A stretch of 63,999 bases of DNA, filler included, from Lenisia limosa (GCA_001655205.1; 12 parts of 12 records of this genome joined end to end with filler, not necessarily neighbours in it); one strand, 5' to 3'. Positions 12,190-26,709 are shown, numbered from the whole stretch's first letter. Program-made: numbers and translations. The notes: generated by a model not told the origin, from the sequence alone.

Positions 12190-15100
12190 ACCTCCCAGGT
12201 TCTATACATCAGCAAAGGAAAATGTAAATATAGGTTGGCCTGTGATTGTGATTGGTTGGGAAAGTTTATTTTCACTTGTTCGATCAATCCAACTTGGGAT
12301 TCTATTTCACAGGAATGTTTGGATACTATCGTGTATGTCACCCCCTTCTGGTGATTTTATTTTCGAAGCCCTTGAGTTTGTCTCAAATATTTACTAATGG
12401 GGTTTTTTTTAAGTTTATTGTTACACCATTTGTCACCCCCCTTAGAAGAGTCAGTGGAGTGGTTGGCGCAGCAGGCACTCGACATTGCTCACCAAAACAC
12501 CTTCAACGATCCCGAGCCGGACGCCATCAAGCTTGATAGTGAGGAGGGGGTGGAGGGCACTCTGAATACACTCTTCTGCTTTGCCATCCCAGGCGGCTGT
12601 GAATCTCTGGTGTTTAGATGGGTGTGTGTGTGGTTTTATAGAGAATTAAGGATGCAACGCTGATATGATATAGCTATAGTATATATATCTAGTATAGTAT
12701 ATTACTATATTCTATATTCTGTCAATATAAATTAAACTCACGAGGAAGAGTATCATAGTGCATTCTTCTTCTTTTTTTGTACATGAGGATGATTCTTGCT
12801 TTTTTGAGAGCAAATGAACGATCAAGGGGCTCACTGACATTTGGCATCTTTTTTTTTTTGACAATGTAGAACCCAACAAAAAGCAGAAGAAACGACCGTG
12901 TTGCGGTTGATTGCATCCCCACTTTTTTCCCATTTTATTATTGAAATTGAGCTCCTTCTTAAGTGGTTTGGAGGTTGAAAAAAATTATGTATTTATAGTG
13001 GTTTTGATTATGATTTTGATTTGTTCATTTGGAATTTGGACGTGTATCTGAACTATTTTACCAGTGAGTTCTTTTTATTTATTTATTTACCCCCGTCTTG
13101 AGATTTTTTTTGTTTGAGTACTTTTCGATTCCCCCAGGATATTTTTGTCACCCCATCCACTCACGATTGTAGAAGGCGCGGTATATTTATGTTCCTAAGA
13201 TGTCTTAGTTTGGTGAATTATTCATCTGTTTCCCTTTCGTCAAATTTGGTTCCAAAAGGACATGGTAGACTTGCACGTTCGAGATACACGATCAGTTTTC
13301 TTTCAGGAGAAGCAAGGCTTAAGGCAATGTTTCAGTTAATCCAACATGCTCAATTCACAGACAATGGATGGCACTATATGAATATGAAACTGGGGTGAAT
13401 GCTTGTAATTATGGGCTCTCTCAAAAAAAGCATCGATCAAATTTTTTGGGAGGGGGGTAAACAGCTTGGTTGCATATTTGATTAGCGCACCAGCTCACGC
13501 GGCTTATGTATTGAGTATTGTGTTGAGGAGAAGGTTTTTAAGGCTCATTCAGGAAGGTTTTTTCTGACAATTGACCCCAGGAAGAAGCAGATTGTGGTGG
13601 TTACGGTTTGAGGAGTATGAACAATCGGCCATCATTATAACCTCAAATAACATACAGTTGATTTCACATACACAGTTGATTTCACATACACAGTTGATTT
13701 CACATAAACACTTGATTTAACATACAAAGTTGATTTCACATACACAGTTAATCGTCAAATGGACTTTTGGAATCTTGGTTAAAGTCAAAGGAGCAGTGTT
13801 TATGTTCATGACATCTCTTGATACTTTGTTAATATATATTGTTATACTCTACCGTGTTATTGGATATACAATACTTCTTCTTGAAATTTGGAAAAAAGAG
13901 AAAAGCAATCTATCTTAAGGAATCTTCAAGTCATAATAGATACCTGGGTGGGTCATTAACCCAGATTCGTCACACTCAGACAACACATGGAAGTAGGTTG
14001 AGCTATGAGAATCTAAACGCAGTAGCGTCAAGGGGCGGTGTGGGGAGGGTAATATCGTAAATGGCCACTGAGCCACTTGGCAAAGATATCGCCAGTGAGG
14101 GGGTCATGTCGGCCTGGGGAAATGATGGAATAGAAACCGGAATATGTATCACAATACAAAAATGACAAAGCATCAACTCTATTTGCTGATCGTTTGCTAT
14201 TTTACACGGACGGATTTCAAAAAAAAAAAACACAAGAGGGGAAGCGCAAAATGACAAAGATAATTGAACTTGTGGATATGAGCATTGATGGCCAAGAGAT
14301 GTCACTTAAATCAACACCCCTCGTTTTGATTTTATGAAAATGATCAGGGGATGATAGATTAGTAAATTGAAACTGTCGACATTTTGTCGTATGAAATTTC
14401 ATGATAAAGTGGAGGAGGGCTGAGTTGAGTGAACAGATGTATCTTATAGTGTATAGTCTAGTATAATTTAATAATACAATATTATGAATATTGAATTCAA
14501 CAGCACCCCCGATATCCAATTAGACTTGCTTACATGAGGTTTCCTTCCAGGGCGGGTAGACGTGGGGTTGAAAACTGACATTGATGACACCCAATCCTCA
14601 AGGTCTAACACCCCTGTAATCTGGGGGGTCAGGGCAGAGTACCAATACAATATCAGCAGAAGTCTGGAAGCAGTGTATTCTCTCAAAAATTCACAAAAGC
14701 TAGCTTCCTCCCAAAAATCTTGTTTCAATATTGTGAAGAATACAGCCATTTAAAAGAGCCAAATCACTCTCTTTAAAGAAATTTCGATATCCAAAATGCG
14801 AAATGTAAAAGTAACAAATTATCTGGACAAAGCCGCCAGTATAGGAGATATAAAAGCCACCCAATCTTATGTCATTTGCAAAGTAGGTTCACCTTGGCAT
14901 TATGCACCAAAAGTACTGAGTTGAATTCGCCAGAAAGGGCGAGACTCTCCTGTTTTGGTCCTTCAAGCACTTCCATCTGAGTCACATTGTTGCCGATCTA
15001 CAAGAAAGTAAAACAAGTCAAGCAGTTGGCCGTAAAGGGCACTTCTAAAATGGCAAATGGTTCGACCATCTATTGTCAACTGATGAGTTCAAGAGCATCA

Positions 15101-17830
15101 CGTCAATTCTTTTTTTAATAAAGCACTACTAGTAATGTTAAAGCTATACTGTATCATATCCAATCACATATTAATGACTTATTCTGTTTAAAACAACGCG
15201 AATTTTAGATAAATTGCGACAACCCCCCCCCCCCCNNNNNNNNNNNNNNNNNNNNNNNNNNNNNNNNNNNNNNNNNNNNNNNNNNNNNNNNNNNNNNNNN
15301 NNNNNNNNNNNNNNNNNNNNNNNNNNNNNTGAAAGCTCTCCTTCACTATAGAGGTACAGCCATCCGTCGTTGCAAGCAACACAGATTTCCTCCGTCTCCT
15401 TAGAACTGAAACGCCCACACGCAATCTAGAGTGAGGGAAGACTTGTATTCCAATTTTGTTGTATATTTCTAGGGTTTTCACTCCCGGTAGAGAATAATGA
15501 ATTTCTCGATAAACCATTAATATACAGAGACCGGGGTAAGTCTTGACCGATTTGCTTAACGATTTCACAAGGAAAATAGGTCGACTTATCCCGGTTACTG
15601 CATTTTGACAGTGTGTCGATCTTTTCATAACTGATTGAAGCCCTTATGATCTCACTTTGTAATGTTCTTATACTCTTGATTATTTTATATTTCATGTTTT
15701 CTTGATCTGAAAAGGAGGAAAATAATCGTTGTTTTGGGTACAAGGAAATCTAATGAATCCCACTTAGGAATACAAATGAAAGCAATCCGAAATGAAATCA
15801 TTATACCCTACTAAAGACAAATCCTCGAAAACCATCGATAGTATACCGTTCTTCTCTAACCAAAGTGAAGCCCCACACCCAACATACCGAAAGGGCCGGG
15901 GTGGGAAGGTCCACACGACCCACACGTCGCCCCTCAACAATGAAAACAAGCTCTGGGCTTCCTGCGATGGCGCAGTAGCACCGCGTGTTAGCTGACTCCG
16001 GCATGGAGAGGACAACACTCGCTATATCCCGGATGTTCGGCTGGGATGGGGGGTAAGGAATTTGGAATCCTGGGATCATTATAATCCTTCGATCATATTT
16101 AGAATATCATATTTGGTATATTTAGCATCATATCATATTTGGTTTCTTTAGCATCGTCATATTTGGTATATTTAAGGCACCGTGAAATTCATTGGAAATT
16201 AATTCAAAACTTTGAAGTGGGACATATACTATAACGAGAACTCTCAGACACTGTATTCTGCTAATTAATTTCCTCAAAAAAATAAGAGCATGGAGCCATA
16301 TTTTCAATTAAAAATCATACTTCTTAATCTCTAAATCATCATAATCCCAAGGTCATCATAATCCAAAATAGCTACCCTTTGCCTACATAGTCGCCTTGGG
16401 GAAACGTGGAAAGGTCACCCAGAATCACAGGCCGCTTTTTGAGGAAGGGGTGGAATGTGGTTATTGCCCCATTGGAGTCCCCTGCTAACACTGACGTTTC
16501 ACCGCCTGGGGGGGGGGGGGGGNNNNNNNNNNNNNNNNNNNNNNNNNNNNNNNNNNNNNNNNNNNNNNNNNNNNNNNNNNNNNNNNNNNNNNNNNNNNNN
16601 NNNNNNNNNNNNNNNNNNNNNNNNNNNNNNNNNNNNNNNNNNNNNNNNNNNNNNNNNNNNNNNNNATGTCCCTCCATTTATTGGGATAATTCACGATATG
16701 AAGTGAGACCTACTGTCATGGGGACTCCATTTCAGACACTTTAATTTCAAATTTTGACAATAGATTTCTTCAAAAAATTAACTACACGGAGCCCTCATCA
16801 TAATGATTACTTTACCAATATAATATAACAATATACAATTACTAATAATATATATACTATCTCATGCAAAAAGTGAAGCCTCCACCCTCCCCTCGCACTG
16901 AAATCGCAATGGAACCCCAGCTTCGAGACCACAGCCGCCTGCGCGATAGAGTGAAATCGCCGTCCATCTTGGTAGGCAAAAATGCCTCCTTTCGCATCCT
17001 AGTTATGTTAATTTGACACATATTTTCAGGAAAGTGCCAAAAAGGCCGTCCACTCGATTATGCTTAAGCAGATTATGGATGTGAACACGGGAATACTGAC
17101 TTATACCTGCCTCCATTCAAGTGGGGTTTTGAATGAGACAATAAATGATATGTAGAAGTGAATTAAACGATATAGTATTGGTATAGATGCCTGGTTCTGG
17201 GAAGACTTGGAACTGCTCTAACCAGTGGAAGAAATGTTTGGGATTATTATAATGAAGTTCTCACCGTGCCTTTAACCCACAGAAAAGACAAGTTCGCCAC
17301 TTCCATATCCCGCGAGGCTTCCGTGGATCATTTTAATAATGGGTGCTACGGTTCCTCGGATGGTGGAGGACAGCTCGAGACTCTTCTACAAGTATAAGCC
17401 ATATTGTTAGCCGTATTGCCAGACTTATTATTAGATAATTTGCCTTACTTATCAGCCTGTTTATTGATAACATAACACCAGCAACTTGAATTGAAGCTGA
17501 TTTACCCATGCTATATTACTGTAGAGATAGGACTATATATATAAAAAAAAGTACTTTGAGGAAAAGGTAGATATGATCATGTTATTCCCCTAGCCATAGC
17601 TTTCGTAAAGCGACAAAACTCGCCAACTGTAATATTGTAGACAAAAACGCTTCCTTCACAGCACCCGAGGGCAATCTTCTTTGTGTCATCTTCTGCATAA
17701 ACCACTACAGGGAGTTAAAAAGGGTTGAGAAGGGGGGGGGGGTAACCTGAGTTATTTTATATATGTAAATCAAACCTAATGATGAACATGGATGTTTTGG
17801 AGCGTATGTATGCTTCAGAGAGAACTTCAT
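12190..17830 (-). CDS. Multi-exon beta-propeller (WD40/FG-GAP-like) protein; 3' end uncertain (may extend to ~11600)
   Basis: ATG 17830: MKFSLKHTYAPKHPCSSL/VVYAEDDTKKIALGCCEGSVFVYNI. Further blade-like exons: GSGELVFSV/GDAKGGIFAYQDG, SVLAGDSNGAITTFHP, IACGRFSSKETEEICVACNDGWLYLY, IGNNVTQMEVLEG, ITGVLDLEDWVSSMSVF, SLAISLPSGSVAIYDI, GYNDGRLFILL. All have GT-AG flanks. Resembles ITFG2/BBS-type propellers but is not assignable. Confidence 0.65.
13651..13748. repeat. Intronic minisatellite, ~5 x 18 bp
   Basis: Unit CACAGTTGATTTCACATA with variants, directly upstream (minus strand) of the GYNDG exon acceptor. Confidence 0.9.
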
Positions 17831-18106
17831 TCTAAAGTAACTAACACTCTCCGCGCGTCTTTTGACTCAAAATCCAAACAATCAAGTATTATATTATCCT
17901 TTTTGACTCTTTCTGACAAAATTTCTTGGTTAACTCAGTTAACTGCGCAAAATTTTGTCACAAGGGAAGTTGGGCTGCCGGGAGTAAAAACTGAGAATTT
18001 GGATTTTTTTTCTCGATTCTGTTATGTTAATACAAGAGAAAGTTATGTACTTAAATTCTAAATAAGAGTGTCGTTATAAATATCCTTCTCCTGACTACTC
18101 TAACAA

Positions 18107-21100
18107 ATGAATGAGGGGCGCCTGCCGCCTATCCGCCATGATAAACAGCCCAATAAACAGGAAAATGAAAAGTTTCAATTGAGGAAGGAAGGTAAGCTTC
18201 TTGGCTTGGTGATCACCCCTCGATCTCTATCGCCCTCACCACCAGAGCTCCATCTCCCGGCCATCCATCCTGTTGATTCAGCCTTTCTGTCACCTGTCAC
18301 ACTTGATGCCACGCCGACACCGAATGAGAAGAAATCCTCGGGTCTTGCGCCTCCAGGTAAATTCATTACTAACTCAGATTAAGAACTATTTTACATCATC
18401 TTTAAGTATGTCTGAACTTATTTTACATCATCTAAGAACTGATTTTACATATGAGTGCCAACTAATTTCACATCAGAGAAAGAGCTTATCTTCTCATTGT
18501 ATTATAATATCTAACATACCGTTCGTTTGATACATAAAAAAAAACAAAAACAGTTGAAAACCGATTTTCACAGTTGCACTGTAACATTCTTTTACACTTT
18601 TGGATGGATGGTGTGGATGGCTTTGAATAACTTTTTTTCATTTTTTACAGTTTATATTTTCACGGGGAATCGTTTTCTTCTTTTAGTTGCGACATACTAT
18701 CAGAATCGCCTCTTTTGAGAAAGGAAATTAGTTGATTTATTATATTGGCTTTTACAAATGGTCTGGGCTTTGTTTTCATATATCATGGGTTTCTTAAACC
18801 AACATAATTGATTTCGTTATTTGTTTTTGTTCAATCTTGTGCTTTTTAAAATTTTCCATTTTTACTTCTCACAGAAGTTGGAGCAACATCCGCTGGGGGG
18901 TCGAGATTGAACATATTTGAGGGTCCTTTATCGCCTGAATCAGTGCCTACTGAGGAGCCTGATGCGGAAGCGTCACCAGTAATAGGCAAAGTGGTGAGAG
19001 GGGAGTTCTTTTATTCATTTCTCAACTTGCTATTACTATTGTTTGTATGTTCGTTTTTGTTGATGTTCAGTTTTCATTTTGTAGGAGTCTTTTGGTGACG
19101 ACAATGCTAGTGGGTAGATGGCTTGCCTTGGTGCTACCATTTATATCGTATACATATGTATACATGTAATACATGTACATGTATGTGTGAATAATTCTCA
19201 GTAAAATATATGATATTGGTGTACTCTATGTACTTGACATAGCTTTACTACACATAGTTTCACCATTCACTAAAAGAAGAGTTTATCTTTTAATTTATAC
19301 TCAAATGATGGGGTGGCACGAAGAAAGGTGTGTACACATAGTTACAAGACAAAAGATTGGGTGAATTATTATTATATAACACTATAATCCAATATCTCTT
19401 CTTAGTGTAATGGCTTAGGTCAGATACAACCTTGTTTTGTTTCTCATCTCTATATTTATCCTCATAGCTCCCCCTGAGACACCGTTGATCACTTCTTCGA
19501 GTGCTAATCTCTTCTCCACTCTTACTCCCAATACGGTATGTGGTGAAGACCGGAGTGTTGGACAAAAGAGGTATTTTCTTCATGAAACTATTTTGTTGAG
19601 GAATTTTTTGACATCATCGGAATTGCAGGGTCTGAAATGGTGTTCTCGTTATATTATAATTTTTGAAAAAGCTATCACACTTAAACTTTGATTTTCATGA
19701 ACTCCTCTTTCATCGACTATAACTAGGTCAGAAAAAGACCGTTAAAGTATCGATAATTATCGAGAAATTCAGTCTTTTTGGGACCGTAGGGAATCCCTAA
19801 CTTGAATTTTTTTTGAAACATCTTTTTACTTTCAGAATCCTTTAATTATACAGTGACGGGATAAGTTTTGACCGATTTGCTATGTGATTTCCTAAGTTAA
19901 ATATCAAGACTTATGCCGGCCACTGTGTAGATTTAACTTCTATTAATTATCCATAATATATTTACTACTTGTATCATGCAATATCCATACAATATTTACT
20001 CATCTTTAGATCCATTCAACGTGAACTGACAGATTTATAATCCATTAATTGTACTGACTCATCTTTAGAATCTATTAAACTTGTACTGACTCATCTTTAG
20101 AGCAACAGTGTTCCACATAGCGTGTCTTACCAAGATGGCCTGTCATCACCTTCAACTGTAGGTCCTTGGCTTCGTTTGCGATTTTGAGGATTCACTCCAA
20201 GACTAAAACACCGTGATAAGCATCATGTCTTTTTGATGATGAGGTTTCATGAGCAAAGTAAATATGACACTTATCCTGGATTCAGTCTTTATTGGAAGCG
20301 AAAGTATAGCACAATCCAGTCCTTGATAATTCATCATATGATAAAATACATATACTTCATACACTGACCGGGAACAGTCTTGACCTATTTTCCTTGAGAA
20401 ATCACATAGCAAATCGGTCAAGACTTATCCCGTTCACTGTATCTTTGAAACCAAAAGGGGGATCTCTAAAAGAATAATTTATCTTACAGCTTTTTCTACT
20501 ATAGACGACCCACTCACTCTTTAGTCCATACCCCATAGCCCATCCCTGCGAAATATCCGAGCCGGCGGTTCAGGTTTGAGGTGTTTTTTGATGTAATAAT
20601 GTTATTGGTGTTATTGATGTAATAATGTTATTGGTGTTATTGATGTAATAATGTTTGAGGTGTTAGTGTTGTAATGGATAAACATCGATATTGTACCGGT
20701 CTTTTTCGGACCATAGGGAAGCCTGTAGTAGTGTTGAGGTGACATTGGGATGTGATGGAGTTCGAGATGGTGTAATAGAGTTTGAGAGCAAGAAATATAG
20801 ATATCAAATAAATCCATGTTGACATTGATGATTTACTTTAACTCCAATATGTTTGTGGTGATATTGATGATCCAATATTTTTCATCCAAAGTTCCTTCGT
20901 TTAACCTTTGAGTAATGGGATGCGCTGCAGAAGCGACTGGCGTGGGCTTTGTTTGTTTTGNNNNNNNNNNNNNNNNNNNNNNNNNNNNNNNNNNNNNNNN
21001 NNNNNNNNNNNNNNNNNNNNNNNNNNNNNNNNNNNNNNNNNNNNNNNNNNNNNNNNNNNNNNNNNNNNNNNNNNNNNNNNNNNNNNNNNNNNNNNNNNNN

Positions 21101-21200
21101 CACTCCCCCCCCCCCAGGGCTTCTTGACGTAGACTTGATAAATGAAAGTGGCGAATTGAACACTCAGAGGCCTCTTCCGCCATCTGTTGCTCTACTCAGT
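18107..21200 (+). CDS. Uncharacterised Ser/Pro-rich low-complexity protein, 5' part, truncated by contig end
   Basis: First exon MNEGRLPPIRH...SGLAPP|gtaaat, then in-frame GT-AG exons at ~18870-18995, ~19085, ~19468-19535, ~20101-20160, ~20527-20573 and ~21120-21197 (GLLDVDLINESGELNTQRPLPP). No domain recognised. Confidence 0.5.
20574..20665. repeat. Intronic tandem repeat (~26-bp unit GATGTAATAATGTTATTGGTGTTATT) just after a donor
   Basis: About 2.5 copies; the donor-proximal GTTTGAGGTGTT occurs at both ends of the array. Confidence 0.8.
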
Positions 21201-21373
21201 TCGTGGAATATTCAATTTCTGCTCTTCGTCCTCCCCCTATCCACTCCTCACTCCAGTAAGATCATAGATCCATNNNNNNNNNNNNNNNNNNNNNNNNNNN
21301 NNNNNNNNNNNNNNNNNTTAATTAATTAANNNNNNNNNNNNNNNNNNNNNNNNNNNNNNNNNNNNNNNNNNNN

Positions 21374-24300
21374 CGATGAAGAATATTGGCATAAAGGTAC
21401 TAATCACGGGAAGCGGGGTAATATTGATAAGACTGCTTAGCTGGGGGAAGGGTGGGGCGTACCTGGATGTGTTTTCTGAGGACAAAGCATTTTCTGGAAG
21501 TTGACGCGATTTCACCCTTGATCTGTGTTAACTGCTTGATTTGACCCATAACCTGAAAGATGAGAAAGACGCGGAAATGAGAAATAAGGCTGTACTCGGC
21601 TGAAGCTGTCCACTCCAGTTCTTCTTATGGTATCCCTGTGTATTTTTTTTCTTATATTTTATGTTCATATGAATTCTCAGGTCTTTACGTGGTGAGCCTT
21701 ACATACAATACCATCAGGACTTCAGTTTGGGTTCAAAAAAGTTCAGTAACCTATCGATAGTTGTCGAGGATATCGAGAAATTCAGTCTTATTTTAAACCG
21801 ATGAACTCTGACAACAAAACACTCTATAGCCGCTCACCACGTCGGAGCTGGGAACGTCCTTCAAAAGGGCCCGAACGTTGTTGTTGAGGAGTTTAGAGGA
21901 AGGCTGTGCATTCGTCCATTCAACTGAGGAGGTAAGTTGACTAAAAATAGGTTAAGACATCGCATCCCCTACCACCACCAAAGCAGATTGTCTTGCACCC
22001 CCTCCCCCCCACCAAAACTGATTTTCTTATACGGCCCGTCGCCATAATCTTGGCGTACACGCGCGCGCTCAATGACATCCGCTGCCGTACTGTTCTCAGG
22101 GGCCTGGAAGAATAAAAACAAACTGATAATTTTCATTCTAATAACAATAAGAACCTAAAAAATTATAAATAATAAATAATAGTAAATATCTAATACTAAT
22201 TCAATAGTGATCAATTATTTTTAATAATAATATGGCCGAGGCCATCCACACCATCACGCTAATAAAATGATAATGATACCCCGCCCCACGCCCCCAACCT
22301 CAGGAGTAAACATGCCAGGTTCATTGATATCGAGGGTATCGAGCCCGTCAATTTGCTGGTTGAACATGACGGATTCGAGCGAGCTCTCCCGCTCCTACGG
22401 GTTTGAGTGAACGTGATGGTTTAAGCTTTCCTGTGATCCGAAAAAGACCTTGGAATATGATATACTATATTAATATTCTATTAAAAAAACAAAGCACTCT
22501 TGTCCATTACATGTACTATCATATCAAGAAAGAAAAGAATTGAACATTTCAATACCCCCCCCCCCACGTCAGCCATATATCCCTATTGCTTCCGCGTTTT
22601 TGTTCGTAAATTTCCCTCTCTTACGCCCCACCCAACTCACCTCTCTTGCTTTCTTCATTCTCTCCACAATGGCATCTTCTTTACTCTCCTCAAGAGCTAC
22701 AGTTGGTAAGAATTAATATTCTTAATTCATAATAGTGAGAATTCATATTCTTATTTCATAATAGCGTCCTTTTGTTTATCATTATCAGGTCATCATTTTG
22801 CAAGTACAAAATAAAATACCCTTTCCCTCTGCAATAAATGGCTGGAGTTTGCTGCAGTAGATAATATACCCCCATTTCTGATTATTCGGTTGGTGATTAG
22901 TACCAACATTCTTCATCGAATTTTCCTTCGTTTATCCCCCCCCCCCCCNNNNNNNNNNNNNNNNNNNNNNNNNNNNNNNNNNNNNNNNNNNNNNNNNNNN
23001 NNNNNNNNNNNNNNNNNNNNNNNNNNNNNNNNNNNNNNNNNNNNNNNNNNNNNNNNNNNNNNNNNNNNNNNNNNNNNNNNNNNNNNNNNNNNNNNNNNNN
23101 NNNNNNNNNNNNNNNNNNNNNNNNNNNNNNNNNNNNNNNNNNNNNNNNNNNNNNNNNNNNNNNNNNNNNNNNNNNNNNNNNNNNNNNNNNNNAAAAAAAA
23201 ACGCCCAAGCCAGTCGCTTCTACAGCCTTACTTCAACCAACCATGCATTGTTGGCCTTATCACCCATTGTAAGCCTTATCAACCATTGTTAACCTTATTA
23301 ACCATTGTAAGCCTTATCATGCATTGTAAGCCTTAACAATCAGATAATATAAGCCCTTCTTACCTCAATCTTCGGTTCCTCCTTTTTCTCAGCTTCCTCA
23401 ACTTGCTTCTTCTCAGCTTCTGCAGCTTGCTAAATAGAGTAATGCACAGGAAACAAGAAAAGAGAAAAGAGAAAAGAGAAAAGAGAAAAGAGAAAAGAGA
23501 AAAGAAAAAAGATGACAAAAGAAAAAATGACACGAGAAGACGAGAGATGAGAGAGAGGAGGAGGGTATGAGGGTATTTGAAATATTTAAATTCCGAACAA
23601 CAACACTATTTTACCCCCCCCCACCCCCACCCTTGCTGCTTCCTTGTCATCGCGTTCATTCTGGGCCTCTTTNNNNNNNNNNNNNNNNNNNNNNNNNNNN
23701 NNNNNNNNNNNNNNNNNNNNNNNNNNNNNNNNNNNNNNNNNNNNNTCCTTGGCATCTTCCTCGGCCTGATGCGATGCGTTCACTGCCATTTGTTCGGCAG
23801 TGATTAGCTTGAAACCTGAAGAACGGTCACATATTTAGAAATTATTATTATTATGTATTCTGTATTATAATTATTAATTCCCATGAACCGAACTTACCCC
23901 ACACCCACAATAACCTACACAGCACACCTTCACCCATACTCAAAGAACACCTCCAGCCATGACCACTGTCCACTTGTTTGGCAAACATTATTACCATTCA
24001 TTACATAGTCCCAGCTTACATTATTATTATATTATTGTTATTGAGGTCCAACATACCTCCAGCCATGCTCATTCTGTTGGCAGCGGGTTTGGCAGGTTTG
24101 GACTCTCTTTTGGGGGCAACGGCAGGGGCTGACGCGGCTTCTTTCTCGTTCTTTGGAGTCAAGAGTACAGAATTATATCACATACATATCTAGCATGTAT
24201 CATATCGTATATACATGTACAAACATGTATATTTGATACACTGTATTCTATATCGAACCTTATATACTAGACGACATAAAATTATGTGTTGTATGTATGT

Positions 24301-24849
24301 AGATCTTCACTTCGGCAATAAAAAAGACCGATAAAATTTCGATATTTATCGAGGTGTTATCGAGAAATTCAGTCTATTTTCGCACCGAAGTGAACCCCCT
24401 CCTCCCACCTTTAACTTTTGCTCAAGGTCCTCAAGAACCACGAGGTCTTCTTCAAATTGCTAAACATGTGAAAAACGTGAAATATCTGATAATTAAATCC
24501 TGAATCCTAATTGCAACTTTCAGAAGTTTTGCACTAAATCCAGAATAATCTTCCCCGGTACACTGACCACGATAAGTCCTGACACGATTGACTAAAGATA
24601 AAGCTCAATATCCGTGTCAGGATTATCGCGGTCAGGTTGAATATTCCCCTCGAATAGGAGAGGATTGAAAACATTTCAAGCACCTCCAAGTTTGGATCCT
24701 TTAAATTGGATTATAGTATAATATTAATTCACCCAATCATTTGCCTTACAACTCTGTGCACACATTTCTGCGTGCCTCCCCACCTTGTTGAATAGTGAGA
24801 GTTGAATATCGAACTCGCTGTGAAGTACATTTTCGTCGAAGAAAACAGC
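21374..24849 (-). CDS. Uncharacterised spliced protein with charged/coiled-coil middle, truncated at both contig ends
   Basis: Consistent exon chain: AVFFDENVLHSEFDIQLSLFNK/QFEEDLVVLEDLEQKLK/NEKEAASAPAVAPKRESKP.../GFKLITAEQMAVNASHQAEEDAK.../QAAEAEKKQVEEAEKKEEPKIE/...KLQPFIAEGK/GAGELSLESVMFNQQIDGLDTLDI/APENSTAADVIERARVRQDYGDG/PQLTSSVEWTNAQ.../VMGQIKQLTQIKGEIAST. Confidence 0.6.
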
Positions 24850-24976
24850 CTGGGGTGGGGGGATGGTCAGAGGTGTNNNNNNNNNNNNNNNNNNNNNNNN
24901 NNNNNNNNNNNNNNNNNNNNTTAATTAATTAANNNNNNNNNNNNNNNNNNNNNNNNNNNNNNNNNNNNNNNNNNNN

Positions 24977-26455
24977 CTGGACGTTGTTGTGAAGGCCACG
25001 GATCTGGTCTGCGTGGACCTCAAACAGGGACCGATGAGAGGGGAGGTTTACGTCTGAACCAAGTAAAGAAACTCGTGGATTCTCAAAAAGGAAACTTCAG
25101 GATGTTCTTGGCAATTGGTTAGCTGTTGGGTTTGTGAAAAATTACTCTATTTTGTCACAATACTTGAGTTTAACGATATTAGTGCTTCGCTTCGTACGCA
25201 AAAATACTGGTAAAACGTCAACATTTATCAAGGATTTTTGAGCATTTCAGTCTTCTTGTACCAGAAACTGCCCTGCATACCGTACATTCCCTTCGGCTTG
25301 TCGAAGCCAAGCCTAGTGCCTTGACCTCCTGCCATCACCAGGGGGGCAACCTGGAGCATAAAAGCGGTCAAAGACTGATGCGGGGGGGGGGGGGNNNNNN
25401 NNNNNNNNNNNNNNNNNNNNNNNNNNNNNNNNNNNNNNNNNNNNNNNNNNNNNNNNNNNNNNNNNNNNNNNNCAACATGAGGGTTGAAAACAACAAAAAC
25501 AAAGCCGGGCCAGTCGCGTGAGAATGTAGCTTCCCAAAAAAAGACTGAATTCCTCGATAAATGTTCGATAAATATCCATATTTTGACATCTTTTTTGGAC
25601 CGTAGGGAAGCCCTTCATGTAGCAGATCCCACCTTCCCTTCGAGAACTGCATCCTTTCCAAGGCCAATCCAATCGGCAACCTGAGTGGTTAGGTGGTGAA
25701 GACTATTAGGTGAGATGAAAGATGGGAAACAAGCTAACCACATCTATGTCTTCAAAGATCTGAAGAACCATATGATGACTGGAATTTTATAAGTTATTGT
25801 TGTTTGAGATGAGAAGTGTGAAGCATGAATTCCGATGCTGGGGGAAGCTGCGTATATGGAATTGTAGCCTCTCCGGCAAAATCATAAAAATAAAGGTGTT
25901 TAAAAGACAGCTTGAAATAAACAAATGGGGAAAATTTCCAACTTTAACGTTGTGTGTCAAAAACCATATACTAAGTGAAAGTGGGAGTAAAATTGGACAA
26001 TTTATGTAACAGGAAGCCCAGAATCAACTCTATAAAAAAAAGTCTTCCCAATAGTCTCACCTTTGACGGGGGAGAAAGCACAGTGGAATCCGACTTTTCA
26101 GGGGGGGTCAATTCAACAGAACCTGTGCTGTCTGAAGAAATGAGTCTCGAGATTGGAGTGATAAAAAGCAACATATTTCCCCTTAAAAAATCAAGCTTGC
26201 AAACTTGCGGTTTCTTGCGCTTGTTTGAACATGACACTCAGCCGTTTAAGATCAATTTCCTACATGTAAAGTTAATCCACCACTTCCTCCAAACTCTCAT
26301 TTGATCCAGAAGGGCTTCTTTTTGTTCATCAGTTAAGGCGTCAAAATGTTGAAAGACCTAGATAGATCAGAAGAGAAGGGGAAGAAAGAGCTAACATGTT
26401 GCTGTCCATTCTCCTTATAGATGGCAAATAATTCTTCTTGAGTAAGCTGTACCAT
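24977..26455 (-). CDS. UAP1: UDP-N-acetylglucosamine pyrophosphorylase, 5' portion, truncated by contig end
   Basis: MVQLTQEELFAIYKENGQQH ... EIDLKRLSVMFKQAQE ... VADWIGLGKDAVLEGK/VAPLVMAGGQGTRLGFDKPKGMY/DVNLPSHRSLFEVHADQIRGL. AGGQGTRLG-x-x-x-PKG-x-x-D-x-x-LPS is the nucleotide-binding signature. Confidence 0.93.
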
Positions 26456-26709
26456 TTTGGTGTCAGGGTTTGTGCGATCAACCAAGGAAGTTGTGGATAA
26501 GAGAATATAAGTGAGTAGCAATGGGGTTGTGATGACCTCGAGACGACTTCAGTACACCCTCACAGCAGCAGGTAAACAATGGAGAGAGAGAGAGGGTGGG
26601 AAGAAGAGGGCTGGATGGAACAAACTTAAGGCATTGCGTGCTACGCGTGTGCGCAGTATTTAAAAAAAAAACTTGAAAAAAAAAAAAACATTAAGATTAT
26701 CGAATTATT

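Noticed and set aside
18079-18090. ATATCCTT as a U12-type AT-AC donor (also GTATCCTT near 10862)
   Set aside because: Neither site coincides with an exon boundary, and no matching U12 branch/acceptor could be placed.
21590-21645. Apparent extra exon (GYHKKNWSGQLQP) in the minus-strand gene
   Set aside because: The sequence is a decayed family C arm, and the flanking exons join in phase without it.
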